Positions 38,107 to 48,220 of a DNA stretch of 64,000 nt are shown here, piece by piece. Position 1 is the stretch's first letter, and the number at the start of each line of letters is the position of its first letter. The notes beneath the pieces were generated by a model, which saw only the letters and a list, made by a program, of their open reading frames with translations, was not told the DNA's origin and did no database searches. The translations under genes were made by a program, and so were the position numbers. Source of the stretch: Thermoplasmatota archaeon (GTDB taxonomy: Archaea; Thermoplasmatota; Thermoplasmata; Halarchaeoplasmatales; Halarchaeoplasmataceae); NCBI GenBank assembly GCA_051745305.1, contig JBNJDY010000002.1:2822-66821 (forward strand), written 5' to 3'.

Positions 38107-40701
38107 TTAATCACTAACCTCTTTTCTAAGCTTCCAAAGTTCATTCATAGCTTCCATAGGTGTCATATTCTCGATATCCATCTTTTTTAACTCTTCGATA
38201 ACAGGATGACTTTCTGAAGATGTTTCTCCGGTATTCGGGTCGAAAACAACCTGTTTGAATTTGGGACTATCTTTAGTTTCCATCTTTATAGTGTGGTCTT
38301 TTTCTATTTGATTCAGCACTTCAATAGAACGTTCAACAACTGGCTTGGGAACACCAGCTAGAGATGCTACATGGATACCATAACTTTCATCTGTATGCCC
38401 TTCTCTGACTTTTCTAAGGAATGTAACCTCTCCTTGACTCTCTTTAACTGCAACGTGTAGATTTTTGACTCCCTTAAGAGACTTTTCAAGTTCGGTTATT
38501 TCATGATAGTGGGTAGCAAAAAGCGTTTTTGCTTTTATATTTTTATCGATATACTCTGTTACCGCCCAGGCAATACTCAGACCATCGAATGTGCTCGTAC
38601 CACTTCCTATTTCATCAAGCAAAATCAAACTATCTGGGGATGCATTGTGCATTATATTAGCAAGTTCCACCATTTCAACCATGAATGTGGATTTTCCTTT
38701 AGTTAAAGCATCTAAAGATCCAACACGGGTAAATATTCTATCAACGATCCCAATGTGAGCTTTCTCAGCAGGTACGAAACTTCCTACGTGAGCTAACAAT
38801 GTGATCAATGCGTTCTGTCTCATATATGTTGATTTACCGGACATATTCGGTCCAGTGATTATGATATATCTGTTGCTTTGCTTATCTAGAAGCGCATCGT
38901 TTGGAATAAAACTATCTACAGTTTTCTCAACGACTGGATGTCTCCCCTCCTTGATGTCTAATCTACCGTCTTCTCCGATATCAGGGCGATTGTAATCATT
39001 TCTAACCGCAAGATGAGCGAACGTAGTAATAACATCCAATTTAGAGAGCACTTCTGCAGTTTTTTGGAATCTTTCTGAATGACTACCTACTTCTTCTCGA
39101 ATCTCTTTGAATATTTCGTATTCAAGGGCTTCCATCTTTTCTTCTGAACTGATTATCTCATCCTCTTTATCTTTTAGTTCTTTAGTATAGTACCTTTCAC
39201 TGTTTTTCAAAGTTTGTTTTCTAGAATAGTTCTCAGGGACCTTATCATCCTGGGATTTTGATACCTCTATGTAGTAACCATGGACTTTATTGTATCCAAC
39301 TTTTAAAGTTTCGATCCCAGTTTTATCTTTTTCCTTTTTTTCCAGAGAACTTATCCATTCTTTTCCTTCTTTTGTTTTTCTTTTAAGCTCATCAAGATCA
39401 TCGTCGAAGCCTTCTTTTATAATGCCGCCTTCCTTAACGGTATTAGGGGGGTCGGTAATTATAGAGTCCTCGATCAGTTTCAGGATATCTTCCATAGGGT
39501 CTAACAATATTTTTAAATTCAGTAAATAATCACTTTTCACATCATCTAAAATTTCTAGAAGAGGTCCTAATTTACCTAGAACGTTCTTTATAGAAATCAG
39601 ATCTCTAGCATTAGCATTTCCATAAACTACTCTGCTGATCAACCTTTCTATATCCGACATACCATCCATCTGGTTTCTAAGATCGTCTCTTAAAAATATT
39701 TCATCTTTTAGTTCTTCTACAGCCCCTAATCTTTCTTCAATCAAATCCACATCAAGTAAAGGCTGCTGCAACCACTTTCTAAGCCTTCTATAACCCATTG
39801 AGGTTACAGTATCATCCATGATTTGCAAAAGAGTCCCTTCTTTACCACTTTCACGTAAATTTTGAAAAATCTCTAAATTTTTTAAGGTGGTGGAATCTAA
39901 AGTCATGTAATCATTATGAGAATAAAACTGTAGTCTTTGTATATAGTCCATAGTTCTTTTCTGCGTATCCTCAAGATAATCTAAGACTGCTCCAGCCGCT
40001 TTTATAGCCTGTTTTTTATCACTAATTCCAAGAGGTTCCAAGGATTCTGTACCGAACTGATTTAATAGTTTTAATTCAGCAGGATGGTATCTAAATGCTT
40101 CGTCTTTGTATTTATTTATCATCATTGAAATTTCCTGTTCCAGCTTTTCTACAAACTTTTCATCGTTGATTAAACTTGATGGTAAAATGCATTCCGAAGG
40201 TTCATATCTCACTATTTCTGTAATAAGATCTTTTTGATCATCTAATTGAGTTACTAAAAAATCGCCTGTAGATATATCTACTGCTGCAAGTCCGTATGCA
40301 CCGTCACCTACAATACCTATTAAAAAATTATTGCTAGAGTCGTCAAGTAATCCCTCATCAATTACTGTTCCTGGCGTTATCACTCTAACAACTTCTCTAT
40401 CCACCAGACCTTTAGCTTGTTTTGGGTCTTCGACCTGTTCAGCAATTGCGACGGTGTATCCATCTTTTATAAGTCTTTGAAGGTAAGAATCTACGGAGTG
40501 ATATGGAACACCAGCCATAGGGATCGGATCATCTTTTCCTTTATCTCTGGTTGTTAAGGCTATGTCTAGTTCTTTAGCTGCTAATTTAGCGTCCTCATCG
40601 AACATCTCGTAAAAGTCCCCCATACGAAAGAAAAGGATTGAATCAGGGTACTGATTTTTCAGTTTATAGTACTGCTTCATCATAGGTGTCCTATCGGACA
40701 T
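38107..40701 (-). CDS. mutS: DNA mismatch repair protein MutS
   Basis: Walker A GPNMSGKSTYMRQ, ABC-type MutS domain order. 864 aa. Confidence 0.9.
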   Translation of the reverse strand: MSDRTPMMKQYYKLKNQYPDSILFFRMGDFYEMFDEDAKLAAKELDIALTTRDKGKDDPIPMAGVPYHSVDSYLQRLIKDGYTVAIAEQVEDPKQAKGLVDREVVRVITPGTVIDEGLLDDSSNNFLIGIVGDGAYGLAAVDISTGDFLVTQLDDQKDLITEIVRYEPSECILPSSLINDEKFVEKLEQEISMMINKYKDEAFRYHPAELKLLNQFGTESLEPLGISDKKQAIKAAGAVLDYLEDTQKRTMDYIQRLQFYSHNDYMTLDSTTLKNLEIFQNLRESGKEGTLLQIMDDTVTSMGYRRLRKWLQQPLLDVDLIEERLGAVEELKDEIFLRDDLRNQMDGMSDIERLISRVVYGNANARDLISIKNVLGKLGPLLEILDDVKSDYLLNLKILLDPMEDILKLIEDSIITDPPNTVKEGGIIKEGFDDDLDELKRKTKEGKEWISSLEKKEKDKTGIETLKVGYNKVHGYYIEVSKSQDDKVPENYSRKQTLKNSERYYTKELKDKEDEIISSEEKMEALEYEIFKEIREEVGSHSERFQKTAEVLSKLDVITTFAHLAVRNDYNRPDIGEDGRLDIKEGRHPVVEKTVDSFIPNDALLDKQSNRYIIITGPNMSGKSTYMRQNALITLLAHVGSFVPAEKAHIGIVDRIFTRVGSLDALTKGKSTFMVEMVELANIMHNASPDSLILLDEIGSGTSTFDGLSIAWAVTEYIDKNIKAKTLFATHYHEITELEKSLKGVKNLHVAVKESQGEVTFLRKVREGHTDESYGIHVASLAGVPKPVVERSIEVLNQIEKDHTIKMETKDSPKFKQVVFDPNTGETSSESHPVIEELKKMDIENMTPMEAMNELWKLRKEVSD

Positions 40702-40829
40702 CTAAGTACCTCCGTCTTTTTTCATTCATCGGTTTGATATCTCCTTAAGGATTGAAAAATGAAATGTATCTTATAAACCTTTTTTTAATAATCAAAACAA
40801 ACTATTCTAAAATTGTAGTGTTAAAATAA

Positions 40830-41783
40830 TTAAAATGGTGTTTTCATATCGAGTTTTTCAACGAGTTCTTTATATCTGTTACGGATTGTTACTTCAGTAA
40901 CAGAACTCACTTGAGCAATTTTCTTTTGAGTTATTTTTATTTTTTTATTCTTTGCAGTAATATATATTGCTGCTGCCGCTAAGCCCGACGGACTTTTTCC
41001 AGATAAAATTTCACTCTTCTCGGCCTCATTTAGTATTTCCTTAGCGTTTTTAATAACATTGACATTCAAATCTAATTTGTTACAATATCTTTCGATATAT
41101 TCTTGAGACCTAGTCGGTTTTATTTTTAGTTCAAGCTCTCTGCAAAGAAATCGATATGTTCTACCAATATCTCTTTTATCGAGTAAGGTTACGTTCGATA
41201 TTTCTTCCATAGTTCTTGGGTTTCCTACCTGTCTGCAAATTGTATATATACAGGATGAAGCTATACAGTTGATACTTCTGCCTCGTATCAAGTTCTTTTT
41301 AACCGCTTTTTTGTACAGATGACAAGCTTCTTCTCTAATTTGATTGGACAAGCTCAATACAGAACCGATTCTATCTATTTCTCGAAAAGCTTTTTTTAAA
41401 TTTTTTTCTAAGGCATTCGACGCTCTCAATCTTTTTTGCCATTTTCTCAATCTATATAATTGGGAACGATTTTGATTGGAAATGGGTTTTCCATATGAAT
41501 CCTTGTTTTTATTGTCAATTTCTGTTGTTAAACCTTTATCGAAGACTCTTGGATTTTCAGGTGGTCCTGTTCTTATTTTGTGATTATCTTCGTCAGAATC
41601 GTTTGATAACCACTCGTGCCCTTGATAAAGGTATAATTCATCTAATATCAGACCACATTTGTTACACAAAAGATCTCCATGTCGATAATCAAAGATTATC
41701 CTTTGACTACCACATTCGGGGCATATATTTATTTGATTCGCAGAATCTACTCTCTTGCCCGCCTCAAATTCAATTTCATGCAA
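40830..41783 (-). CDS. tfb: Transcription initiation factor IIB
   Basis: N-terminal Zn ribbon CPECGS...CNKC, a B-reader/linker, and two cyclin repeats. 317 aa. Confidence 0.9.
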   Translation of the reverse strand: MHEIEFEAGKRVDSANQINICPECGSQRIIFDYRHGDLLCNKCGLILDELYLYQGHEWLSNDSDEDNHKIRTGPPENPRVFDKGLTTEIDNKNKDSYGKPISNQNRSQLYRLRKWQKRLRASNALEKNLKKAFREIDRIGSVLSLSNQIREEACHLYKKAVKKNLIRGRSINCIASSCIYTICRQVGNPRTMEEISNVTLLDKRDIGRTYRFLCRELELKIKPTRSQEYIERYCNKLDLNVNVIKNAKEILNEAEKSEILSGKSPSGLAAAAIYITAKNKKIKITQKKIAQVSSVTEVTIRNRYKELVEKLDMKTPF

Positions 41784-42248
41784 TCTATCTCACCCCCGCT
41801 CTAATATACACCCTTTTACATTGAGCGGCATTATTAAGAACCTACTTCGATATTAATAAATGTATCGTTAAGGTTTATGAAATAAATACATTAAATATTT
41901 ATAGAGTACTGTTTAAAGAATCATATCATATTTAATTTATAGTAGGACATATTTTTCAAATGAAATATTGTAGTTTCTCGTCAGAATCCGCAGTGATAAC
42001 GAGGATCAAGATGAATAAATGAACAAAGTGAATTTATTTGTCGAAAAGCTTATGCTCTCTAACTGCCCGTTTTTTTTCTGGAAAAATAAGCTCTCAGGAA
42101 TGTTGACGTATTCTCTTATCCCATTAAAAATCAAAGATTTTATAATGGACCCAGCTGGACGAGTTTATTTTCAGAGAAAATCAACGAGCGAGAGGAATTC
42201 ATTCCTCTTGGTTTTCGAATCCGGATGAGAACATGAGTAGATACGATA

Positions 42249-42322
42249 TGGGCTCAGCCGGATTCGAACCGGCGACCTCCGCCATGTCAAGGCGACGTCA
42301 TAACCAACTAGACTATGAGCCC
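42249..42322 (-). tRNA. tRNA-Val (anticodon GAC)
   Basis: GGGCUCA acceptor, D-arm GUCU...UGAC, anticodon stem UCGCC/GGCGG with loop UUGACAU, T-arm GCCGG-UUCGAAU-CCGGC, discriminator A. 74 nt, no encoded CCA. Confidence 0.85.
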
Positions 42323-42464
42323 TTTATGGATGGAAGAAACAAGCCATTAATTGACCGTTCAACCACTTAACTCCACATTAAATAAATTGATTATATATCA
42401 TTTTCCCTTTAACATACGGATCAACGGAAAGATTGTTATATAGAAAGGATAAATCGAATATTAG

Positions 42465-44000
42465 ATGCAGCATCTAAAAAAGATTCTAAAGGACATATAC
42501 TCTGGTGAAATTAACTCACCAGATGAATTACAGAAAGCCAAAATGAAATATTGTAAAGAATTTGGCATCTCTGAACTTCCCAGGAATTCTGAATTATTAG
42601 AATATGTTGAAGAAGTAGATGATATACAAAAGAAGGATGTAATCCCAGTACTACAAAGGAAACCAGCTAGGAAGAAGTCTGGTGTAACTGTAATTGCATG
42701 CATGACTTCTCCAGCGGAATGTCCTCACGGAAAATGTATCATGTGTCCCGGAGGCCCGAATAAAGAAAAACCTTCTCCTCAATCTTACACAGGCAAAGAA
42801 CCGGCTGCTCTTAGGGCTGAGAGAAATGATTTTGATCCAAAAAGGCAGGTGGAGGATAGATTACGTCAATACGAAGCTATAGGTCATAAAACCGATAAAG
42901 TGGACCTTATCGTCATGGGAGGAACCTTCCCATCTAGGGAATGGGAGTATCAAAAGAGTTTTGTTAAAGGATGTTTAGATGGATTAAACGGTTCGGTATC
43001 TAGATCTTTAGATGAAGCAAAAAAAATCAATGAAACTGCTGATATCAGGTGTATTGGTCTAACCATAGAAACTAGACCTGACTATAGTAAAGAATTGCAA
43101 ATAGATCGGATGTTAAATTTAGGTGCAACTAGAGTAGAACTAGGTGTACAAAGTTTGAGAGATGATTTATTAGATAATATTCATAGGGGACATACAGTGA
43201 AAGATACTATCGAATCAACTAAGTTAGCCAAGGAAAGAGGATTTAAAGTATGTTACCATATGATGCCTGGACTTCCTGGAAGTAATAGTCATGATGATCT
43301 AGAAGAGTTTAAAAGATTATTTGACGATGAAAATTTTAAACCAGACATGTTAAAGCTTTATCCAACTTTAGTTGTAGAAGGAACTGAATTATACGAGATG
43401 TGGAAAGATGGTGATTATAATCCAATGACCACTGAAGAAGCTTCTATATTGGTAGCTAAAATGAAATCATTAGTCCCTCCCTATGTAAGAATCCAAAGAG
43501 TGCAGAGGGATATTCCTTCTCCGTTGGTCGATGCAGGGGTGAAAAAAAGTAATCTTCGTCAATATGCTAGAAAGGAGTTGAAAAATATGGGTCTCGATTG
43601 TGACTGTATCAGGTGTAGGGAGGCAGGCCATTCTAATAAAGAAATTGATATTTCAGATATCGATATGAAAGAAATGGATTACAGAGCATCTGATGGTACA
43701 GAATACTTTTTGGAAATCGGTGTTGATTCCGTAATTGTAGGATATGCAAGATTGAGAGTTTGTGATTACAACCCACCAATTATACGGGAGTTAAAAGTAG
43801 TAGGCTCGATGACACCTGTGCAGAAAGAAGGAGACAAATACCAACACAAAGGGATCGGGAAAAAACTAGTCGAAGAATGTGAAAATATTGCTTCATCAGA
43901 AGCAGACCACTTACGTGTAATAAGCGGAGTCGGTGCTAGAGAGTACTATAGGAATTTAGGGTATGAGCTTGAAGGACATTACATGGTTAAAAGATTCTAA
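42465..44000 (+). CDS. elp3: Elp3-type tRNA uridine-34 modification enzyme (radical SAM plus GNAT acetyltransferase)
   Basis: Radical-SAM cluster CPHGKCIMCPGG and a C-terminal GNAT region (HKGIGKKLVEECE). 511 aa. Confidence 0.9.
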   Translation: MQHLKKILKDIYSGEINSPDELQKAKMKYCKEFGISELPRNSELLEYVEEVDDIQKKDVIPVLQRKPARKKSGVTVIACMTSPAECPHGKCIMCPGGPNKEKPSPQSYTGKEPAALRAERNDFDPKRQVEDRLRQYEAIGHKTDKVDLIVMGGTFPSREWEYQKSFVKGCLDGLNGSVSRSLDEAKKINETADIRCIGLTIETRPDYSKELQIDRMLNLGATRVELGVQSLRDDLLDNIHRGHTVKDTIESTKLAKERGFKVCYHMMPGLPGSNSHDDLEEFKRLFDDENFKPDMLKLYPTLVVEGTELYEMWKDGDYNPMTTEEASILVAKMKSLVPPYVRIQRVQRDIPSPLVDAGVKKSNLRQYARKELKNMGLDCDCIRCREAGHSNKEIDISDIDMKEMDYRASDGTEYFLEIGVDSVIVGYARLRVCDYNPPIIRELKVVGSMTPVQKEGDKYQHKGIGKKLVEECENIASSEADHLRVISGVGAREYYRNLGYELEGHYMVKRF

Positions 44001-44458
44001 ATTGATTTAAAAACTTCAAGCTCCGGTTCGTAGACCTCATCTATTTTTCTAATATTTTTGATAATAGAATCTACCTCTCCAAGATCGCTTATTTTAGCAA
44101 CCTTTTCAAGGTCTTCTTTATTAAATTGTCCTAACTCATCGGTCAAAATCCTAGCTAAGATCAAAAGCTTTTCTCTCTGATTGTCCCCTTTAGATGATTC
44201 TTTCACCGCTTTATAATATGGATCTGAAGATTCTTCTTGTTCTTTTATATGTTTTTCTTTACCTTTTAATTTCTCATTCAATCTTCCGACAGCCCATGCT
44301 GCCTCTTTTTGTGAATTTGTCTGATAGTAAACATTCATCCTTTTTATCTTCATCTTATTTCCACAATAGTTGCATCTTGTAGTCTCGTTAGTAAGGTCAA
44401 CAGAACGGGCATTTTGACAATCTGGACATACGATTATCCCATATCTTTCTCTACTCAT
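43997..44458 (-). CDS. Zinc-ribbon protein (N-terminal CPDC...CNYC) with a charged C-terminal helical region; function unknown
   Basis: Start chosen at MSRERYGIIVCPDC, immediately after the pdaD stop. The ORF-track start would overlap pdaD. Confidence 0.5.
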   Translation of the reverse strand: MSRERYGIIVCPDCQNARSVDLTNETTRCNYCGNKMKIKRMNVYYQTNSQKEAAWAVGRLNEKLKGKEKHIKEQEESSDPYYKAVKESSKGDNQREKLLILARILTDELGQFNKEDLEKVAKISDLGEVDSIIKNIRKIDEVYEPELEVFKSI

Positions 44459-44925
44459 GGTAAATACACCATTATAGCTACAGCGCAACCGTACTTTGAA
44501 TCTTCTATTTTCGTTTTAATACTTTCAATTTTTATGTTCTCCAACTCGATATTTCTAATTCTCCCCATCTCTTTGACTTTCTTTTCTATTTGGTTATCAA
44601 ACTCTTTCATATCAATGTCTTGCATGCATAATGAATGTTCAACAACGTATCCTCCACCGTCTTTATTTAATCCATAACCGATACCTGCGGCTACTTCATT
44701 TTTTACTCCGACTGCTTCAGCTAAAACACATGGAAGAAAAGAACCGAACTCTTCATCAACTCGATCTACTTTTTTAATTCCCTTGGGTAAAATAGAAGAA
44801 ACTCGAATAAGGTTGAGATTACCTACTCCAGCATCTAAGTATGCTTTGTCTATAGCGTTTAATGTAGATATATCATTTTTACCGATTCCTCTTTTTACTG
44901 TGAAATGTTTGTATTCTTCTAACAT
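44455..44925 (-). CDS. pdaD: Pyruvoyl-dependent arginine decarboxylase
   Basis: About 156 aa. Self-cleavage Ser-Ser site (LIRVSSILPKG). PdaD family. Confidence 0.8.
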   Translation of the reverse strand: MLEEYKHFTVKRGIGKNDISTLNAIDKAYLDAGVGNLNLIRVSSILPKGIKKVDRVDEEFGSFLPCVLAEAVGVKNEVAAGIGYGLNKDGGGYVVEHSLCMQDIDMKEFDNQIEKKVKEMGRIRNIELENIKIESIKTKIEDSKYGCAVAIMVYLP

Positions 44926-45025
44926 CTATCAAGACTAATCAGGGGGTATAATTTAAATCTTTCAGGTGTCTGAAATGGTATCATTTTTATAAAGATTTAA
45001 ATAATTCGATTTACTTTTCTAATAT

Positions 45026-45199
45026 ATGGCATTCATAATTCCAATATTGATATTGGTTGGTATCCTTATATTGATATTAGTCGCATGGTTTATATGGCAT
45101 CTCATAAAATGTGTTATCGTTCTTATCCTAGTCGCTATAATAATAGTTGCATTATGGATTTTTGGTGGACTTTCCCAACTTATCCCCTTCATTATTTGA
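45026..45199 (+). CDS. Possible small two-TM membrane protein (57 aa); not in the ORF track
   Basis: Manual translation gives MAFIIPILILVGILILILVAWFIWHLIKCVIVLILVAIIIVALWIFGGLSQLIPFII. This is more plausible than the overlapping minus-strand 64-aa ORF. Confidence 0.3.
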   Translation: MAFIIPILILVGILILILVAWFIWHLIKCVIVLILVAIIIVALWIFGGLSQLIPFII

Positions 45200-45256
45200 T
45201 ATACAACCTCCAATGGTTTCTATAGGTTTAAAATAGGTTAGGATTTATGATTCATC

Positions 45257-45925
45257 ATGAAGACATTAAAAATGTTTGAGGAGTTACAAGGACCTTTGTA
45301 CTCATTATCTGACACAATCCCCATTAGAAAGTTTCTGATTTTTAGCGAACTCTGCTTAATTTTGATTTTACTCACATCTTTGTTATATCAAGAATATTTC
45401 ACAAGCCCCGTAATTTGGTTAATGATGATATACATTAGTCTTTTGATTTTATTATCTTTAATATTGTTATTTACTAAGCATAAGTTTACTTTAATAGCAT
45501 TTATTGCGGGGCTCTTCATTATAGCTGGTTCATCAATAGTGTCATTTTTTTTAGAACTATTTTTAGCCACTTTGAATATACATATTTTAGAGGGTATGTT
45601 TTTAATAAATGCGGTTGTAATTGTATTTGTAGGATTCAAACTTTTAAAATATCAATATGACAAAATCGATAGAATCAGTCTTTTATTTATGTGGTGGTCA
45701 TTTTCGATATTATATGTCGCTTATGTGCCTTTTTTAGAGTTGAATTCTTCCGGAATTAGTATTGGTTATGGTTTGGTAACTTCTATAATATTTGGTGGTA
45801 TTTTATCTGCTGTCTCATCCCTGTTATATTTAAAATATCTATCAGAAGTAGATAGAGATGAAAAAAGAATATATTTAAATTCTGGAGATTATTATGAAAC
45901 AGTAAATAGGTTAAAACGGAATTGA
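45257..45925 (+). CDS. Integral membrane protein (about 6 TM helices), function unknown
   Basis: Hydrophobic helices. Short C-terminal soluble tail. Confidence 0.45.
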   Translation: MKTLKMFEELQGPLYSLSDTIPIRKFLIFSELCLILILLTSLLYQEYFTSPVIWLMMIYISLLILLSLILLFTKHKFTLIAFIAGLFIIAGSSIVSFFLELFLATLNIHILEGMFLINAVVIVFVGFKLLKYQYDKIDRISLLFMWWSFSILYVAYVPFLELNSSGISIGYGLVTSIIFGGILSAVSSLLYLKYLSEVDRDEKRIYLNSGDYYETVNRLKRN

Positions 45926-45958
45926 ATCGTGTATAAAATTTCATGAGGAGATGAGAAC

Positions 45959-46480
45959 TTGAATAAAGGATTAATTCAGGTATATACGGGAGATGGCAAA
46001 GGGAAAACTACGGCTGCATTAGGTCTTGCTGTCAGAGCGGCAGGAAGAGGGATTAAAGTTTTGATAATCCAATTTATGAAAGGAAGATCAACTGGTGAAA
46101 GAAAGGTCATAAAAGAGACTCCTAACATACAAATCGAAAATTACGGAACTTCAGAGTTCATAAAAAAAGAGGAAATCAAAGAAAAAGATAAATTAGAAAT
46201 CAAGAAAGGTTTTGAAAGGGCAATAGAAGCGATAGAGATCGAAGATTTGGATATCCTGATTCTTGATGAAATCAATGTTGTTTTAGATCTAGAATTACTC
46301 AACTTAGAAGATTTTATAAATTTTTTAAAGAAATATGGTGATAAAGATCTCGAAATAGTTCTAACAGGTCGTAACGCACCTCAAGAGATTCTAGAATTAG
46401 CTGCACTTGTGACCGAGATGAAATGTATCAAACATCCATTCGAAAAAGGAATAGGTCCGAGAAAAGGTATAGAGTACTAA
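45959..46480 (+). CDS. cobA: Cob(I)yrinic acid a,c-diamide / corrinoid adenosyltransferase (CobA/BtuR type)
   Basis: Motif IQVYTGDGKGKTTAALGLAVRAAG (P-loop variant typical of CobA). 173 aa. Confidence 0.8.
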   Translation: MNKGLIQVYTGDGKGKTTAALGLAVRAAGRGIKVLIIQFMKGRSTGERKVIKETPNIQIENYGTSEFIKKEEIKEKDKLEIKKGFERAIEAIEIEDLDILILDEINVVLDLELLNLEDFINFLKKYGDKDLEIVLTGRNAPQEILELAALVTEMKCIKHPFEKGIGPRKGIEY

Positions 46481-46481
46481 C

Positions 46482-46988
46482 TCATTCTTTATAAGACTCG
46501 TAAAGATCTTCTTTATGCTCATCCCTTAGATGGTGATAATGCACAGCGTTGGCCTTGGTTTTCTTTCTAAGGTTCTCATCCCCTTCTTTAATTATTTTAG
46601 CGGGAACGCCTACTGCGATACTATAATCTGGGATCACCATATCTTCTCTCACTAACGCGTTTGCACCTATAATACAACCCTTTCCAACATAAGCGCCGGA
46701 TAAAACGGTAGAATTCATGCCAACAATAGTTTCATCCCCTATTTCACATCCGTGAACTACCGCTCCATGTCCTACGGTGACATCTTTACCGATTATAGTG
46801 TGGTGTTCCTCATCTACATGAACTACTGCACAATCTTGGATATTCGTTCCCTCGTGTATCTTAATATAATTCTGGTCTCCCCTAAGGACTGCATTAGGCC
46901 ATATACTGCACCCCTCGCCTAACTCGATATCTCCAATAATGGTACTACTTTTAGATATGAAGCAGGACTCTGGTATAGATAGCGACAA
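46482..46988 (-). CDS. Gamma-class carbonic anhydrase-like left-handed beta-helix (hexapeptide repeat) protein
   Basis: Hexapeptide repeats and the conserved His pattern (HVDEEHH...HGAVVHG). Confidence 0.75.
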   Translation of the reverse strand: MSLSIPESCFISKSSTIIGDIELGEGCSIWPNAVLRGDQNYIKIHEGTNIQDCAVVHVDEEHHTIIGKDVTVGHGAVVHGCEIGDETIVGMNSTVLSGAYVGKGCIIGANALVREDMVIPDYSIAVGVPAKIIKEGDENLRKKTKANAVHYHHLRDEHKEDLYESYKE

Positions 46989-47009
46989 TCAAATCCCCCA
47001 GTAAGCAAA

Positions 47010-47270
47010 TCAATCTTTAGAAATCGATACTCTTTTTGGGAAGTACCTTAGAAGGATTATATCTCCAACCGAACTCACCCAGCGGTAAGGTACTTTGACA
47101 CTCTTAGAATCTTCTACTAGTAACGGATTAGTATCACCAACAAACAGACCATCGATGTCTGCTTCATCCATATCGATAACGACATTATTTACTGTGCCAA
47201 GGAACATACCATTCTTGGTATAGACTTGGATCCCAATCATTTCTGATACTTCTTCGAGCATATTTATCAT
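47010..47270 (-). CDS. PRC-barrel domain protein
   Basis: About 86 aa. GIQVYTKNGMFLGTVNNVVIDMDEADIDGLFV matches the archaeal PRC-barrel pattern. Confidence 0.55.
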   Translation of the reverse strand: MINMLEEVSEMIGIQVYTKNGMFLGTVNNVVIDMDEADIDGLFVGDTNPLLVEDSKSVKVPYRWVSSVGDIILLRYFPKRVSISKD

Positions 47271-47393
47271 ATGAGGTATAGTTTAATCTGTTTTAAATTT
47301 TTTTATGGTTTAGAGTAAAATCGAATCGATAATTTTATACTATAACAAGTTTTCTAGCAAATAAACAAAATCGTCTGACGAAGGAGAATTAGG

Positions 47394-47963
47394 ATGGATA
47401 AAATCTCTAGCAGTGAGGAGGATATCAAAAGGCATTATGCCCTTCTTGACATTTTACTACTCCTTTTCTGGCTATTATTGACAGGTCAGTTAATAATTAT
47501 GCTAAGAGGTCAAGAGATTTCAATGTCTGTATTACTTGCTGGGATAGTATCTGCTAGTGCTGTTACACTAACCGCTCATGAATTTGTCATACGCGGGAAA
47601 CAGAGGGAAAAAGAATCATTGTTCGAGTATGTGCAAGCTTTGAAGAATTTAGTCATTTTATTTTTAGACGTAATATTAAAATTGATAATCGCTAACGGAA
47701 TACTGATGTATCAATCTTTGACTATGAACATAGAACCTAGGATAGTAAAAACAAAGGTCAATCTTACTTCTGATTCTGAAGTTACTCTGATATCATTACT
47801 AATAACTTTAACTCCGGGTACACTTGTGATAGATGTAGAAGAAGCAGAAGATGAATACTTTCTATATGTACATTTTTCGTTTCTGAAAGCAGAAAATCTA
47901 TCAGGTGATATAAAAGATACAATCATAGCTTGGGACGAAAGGATACGAGGTGTTTTCAAATGA
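47394..47963 (+). CDS. mrpE: Mrp/Mnh-type cation:proton antiporter subunit E
   Basis: Size and TM pattern, and its position as the first gene of an E-F-G-B-B'-C-D module. Confidence 0.55.
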   Translation: MDKISSSEEDIKRHYALLDILLLLFWLLLTGQLIIMLRGQEISMSVLLAGIVSASAVTLTAHEFVIRGKQREKESLFEYVQALKNLVILFLDVILKLIIANGILMYQSLTMNIEPRIVKTKVNLTSDSEVTLISLLITLTPGTLVIDVEEAEDEYFLYVHFSFLKAENLSGDIKDTIIAWDERIRGVFK

Positions 47964-48220
47964 ACGTACTTACTGCCATATCGACTATCTTGATTTTCAT
48001 CGCCTTATTATCGTCCTACCGGCTTTTTGTTGGTCCTTCAATATATGATAGAATAATATCTTTAAATGTATCTGGAGTAATAATTACCGTAATTCTTACG
48101 ATTATGAGTATAGAAACTGGAACGGGTCTTTATTTAGACATCGCCATCTCTTTTGTGATGTTAGATTTTGTTGGCACTATGGCCTTTGTAAAATATCTTG
48201 AAGGTGGTGATTTTAAATGA
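47930..48220 (+). CDS. mrpF: Mrp antiporter subunit F
   Basis: MnhF-like (ALLSSYRLFVGPSIYDRIISLNV). 96 aa, 3 TM helices. Confidence 0.65.
   Translation: MGRKDTRCFQMNVLTAISTILIFIALLSSYRLFVGPSIYDRIISLNVSGVIITVILTIMSIETGTGLYLDIAISFVMLDFVGTMAFVKYLEGGDFK

Noticed and set aside
42019-42228. 69-aa ORF upstream of tRNA-Val
   Set aside because: No motifs. It overlaps a probable promoter/terminator region and the T-arm-like repeat. Composition is atypical.
42205-42230. A second tRNA gene on the plus strand, suggested by a TTCGAATCC T-loop-like motif
   Set aside because: The flanking sequence cannot form a T-stem or a cloverleaf. The similarity is largely due to the palindromic T-loop of the adjacent tRNA-Val.
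45019-45213. 64-aa minus-strand ORF in the pdaD-to-membrane-protein spacer
   Set aside because: His/Asn/Ile-rich nonsense translation. The plus-strand 57-aa two-TM ORF at 45026-45199 is the more plausible gene there.
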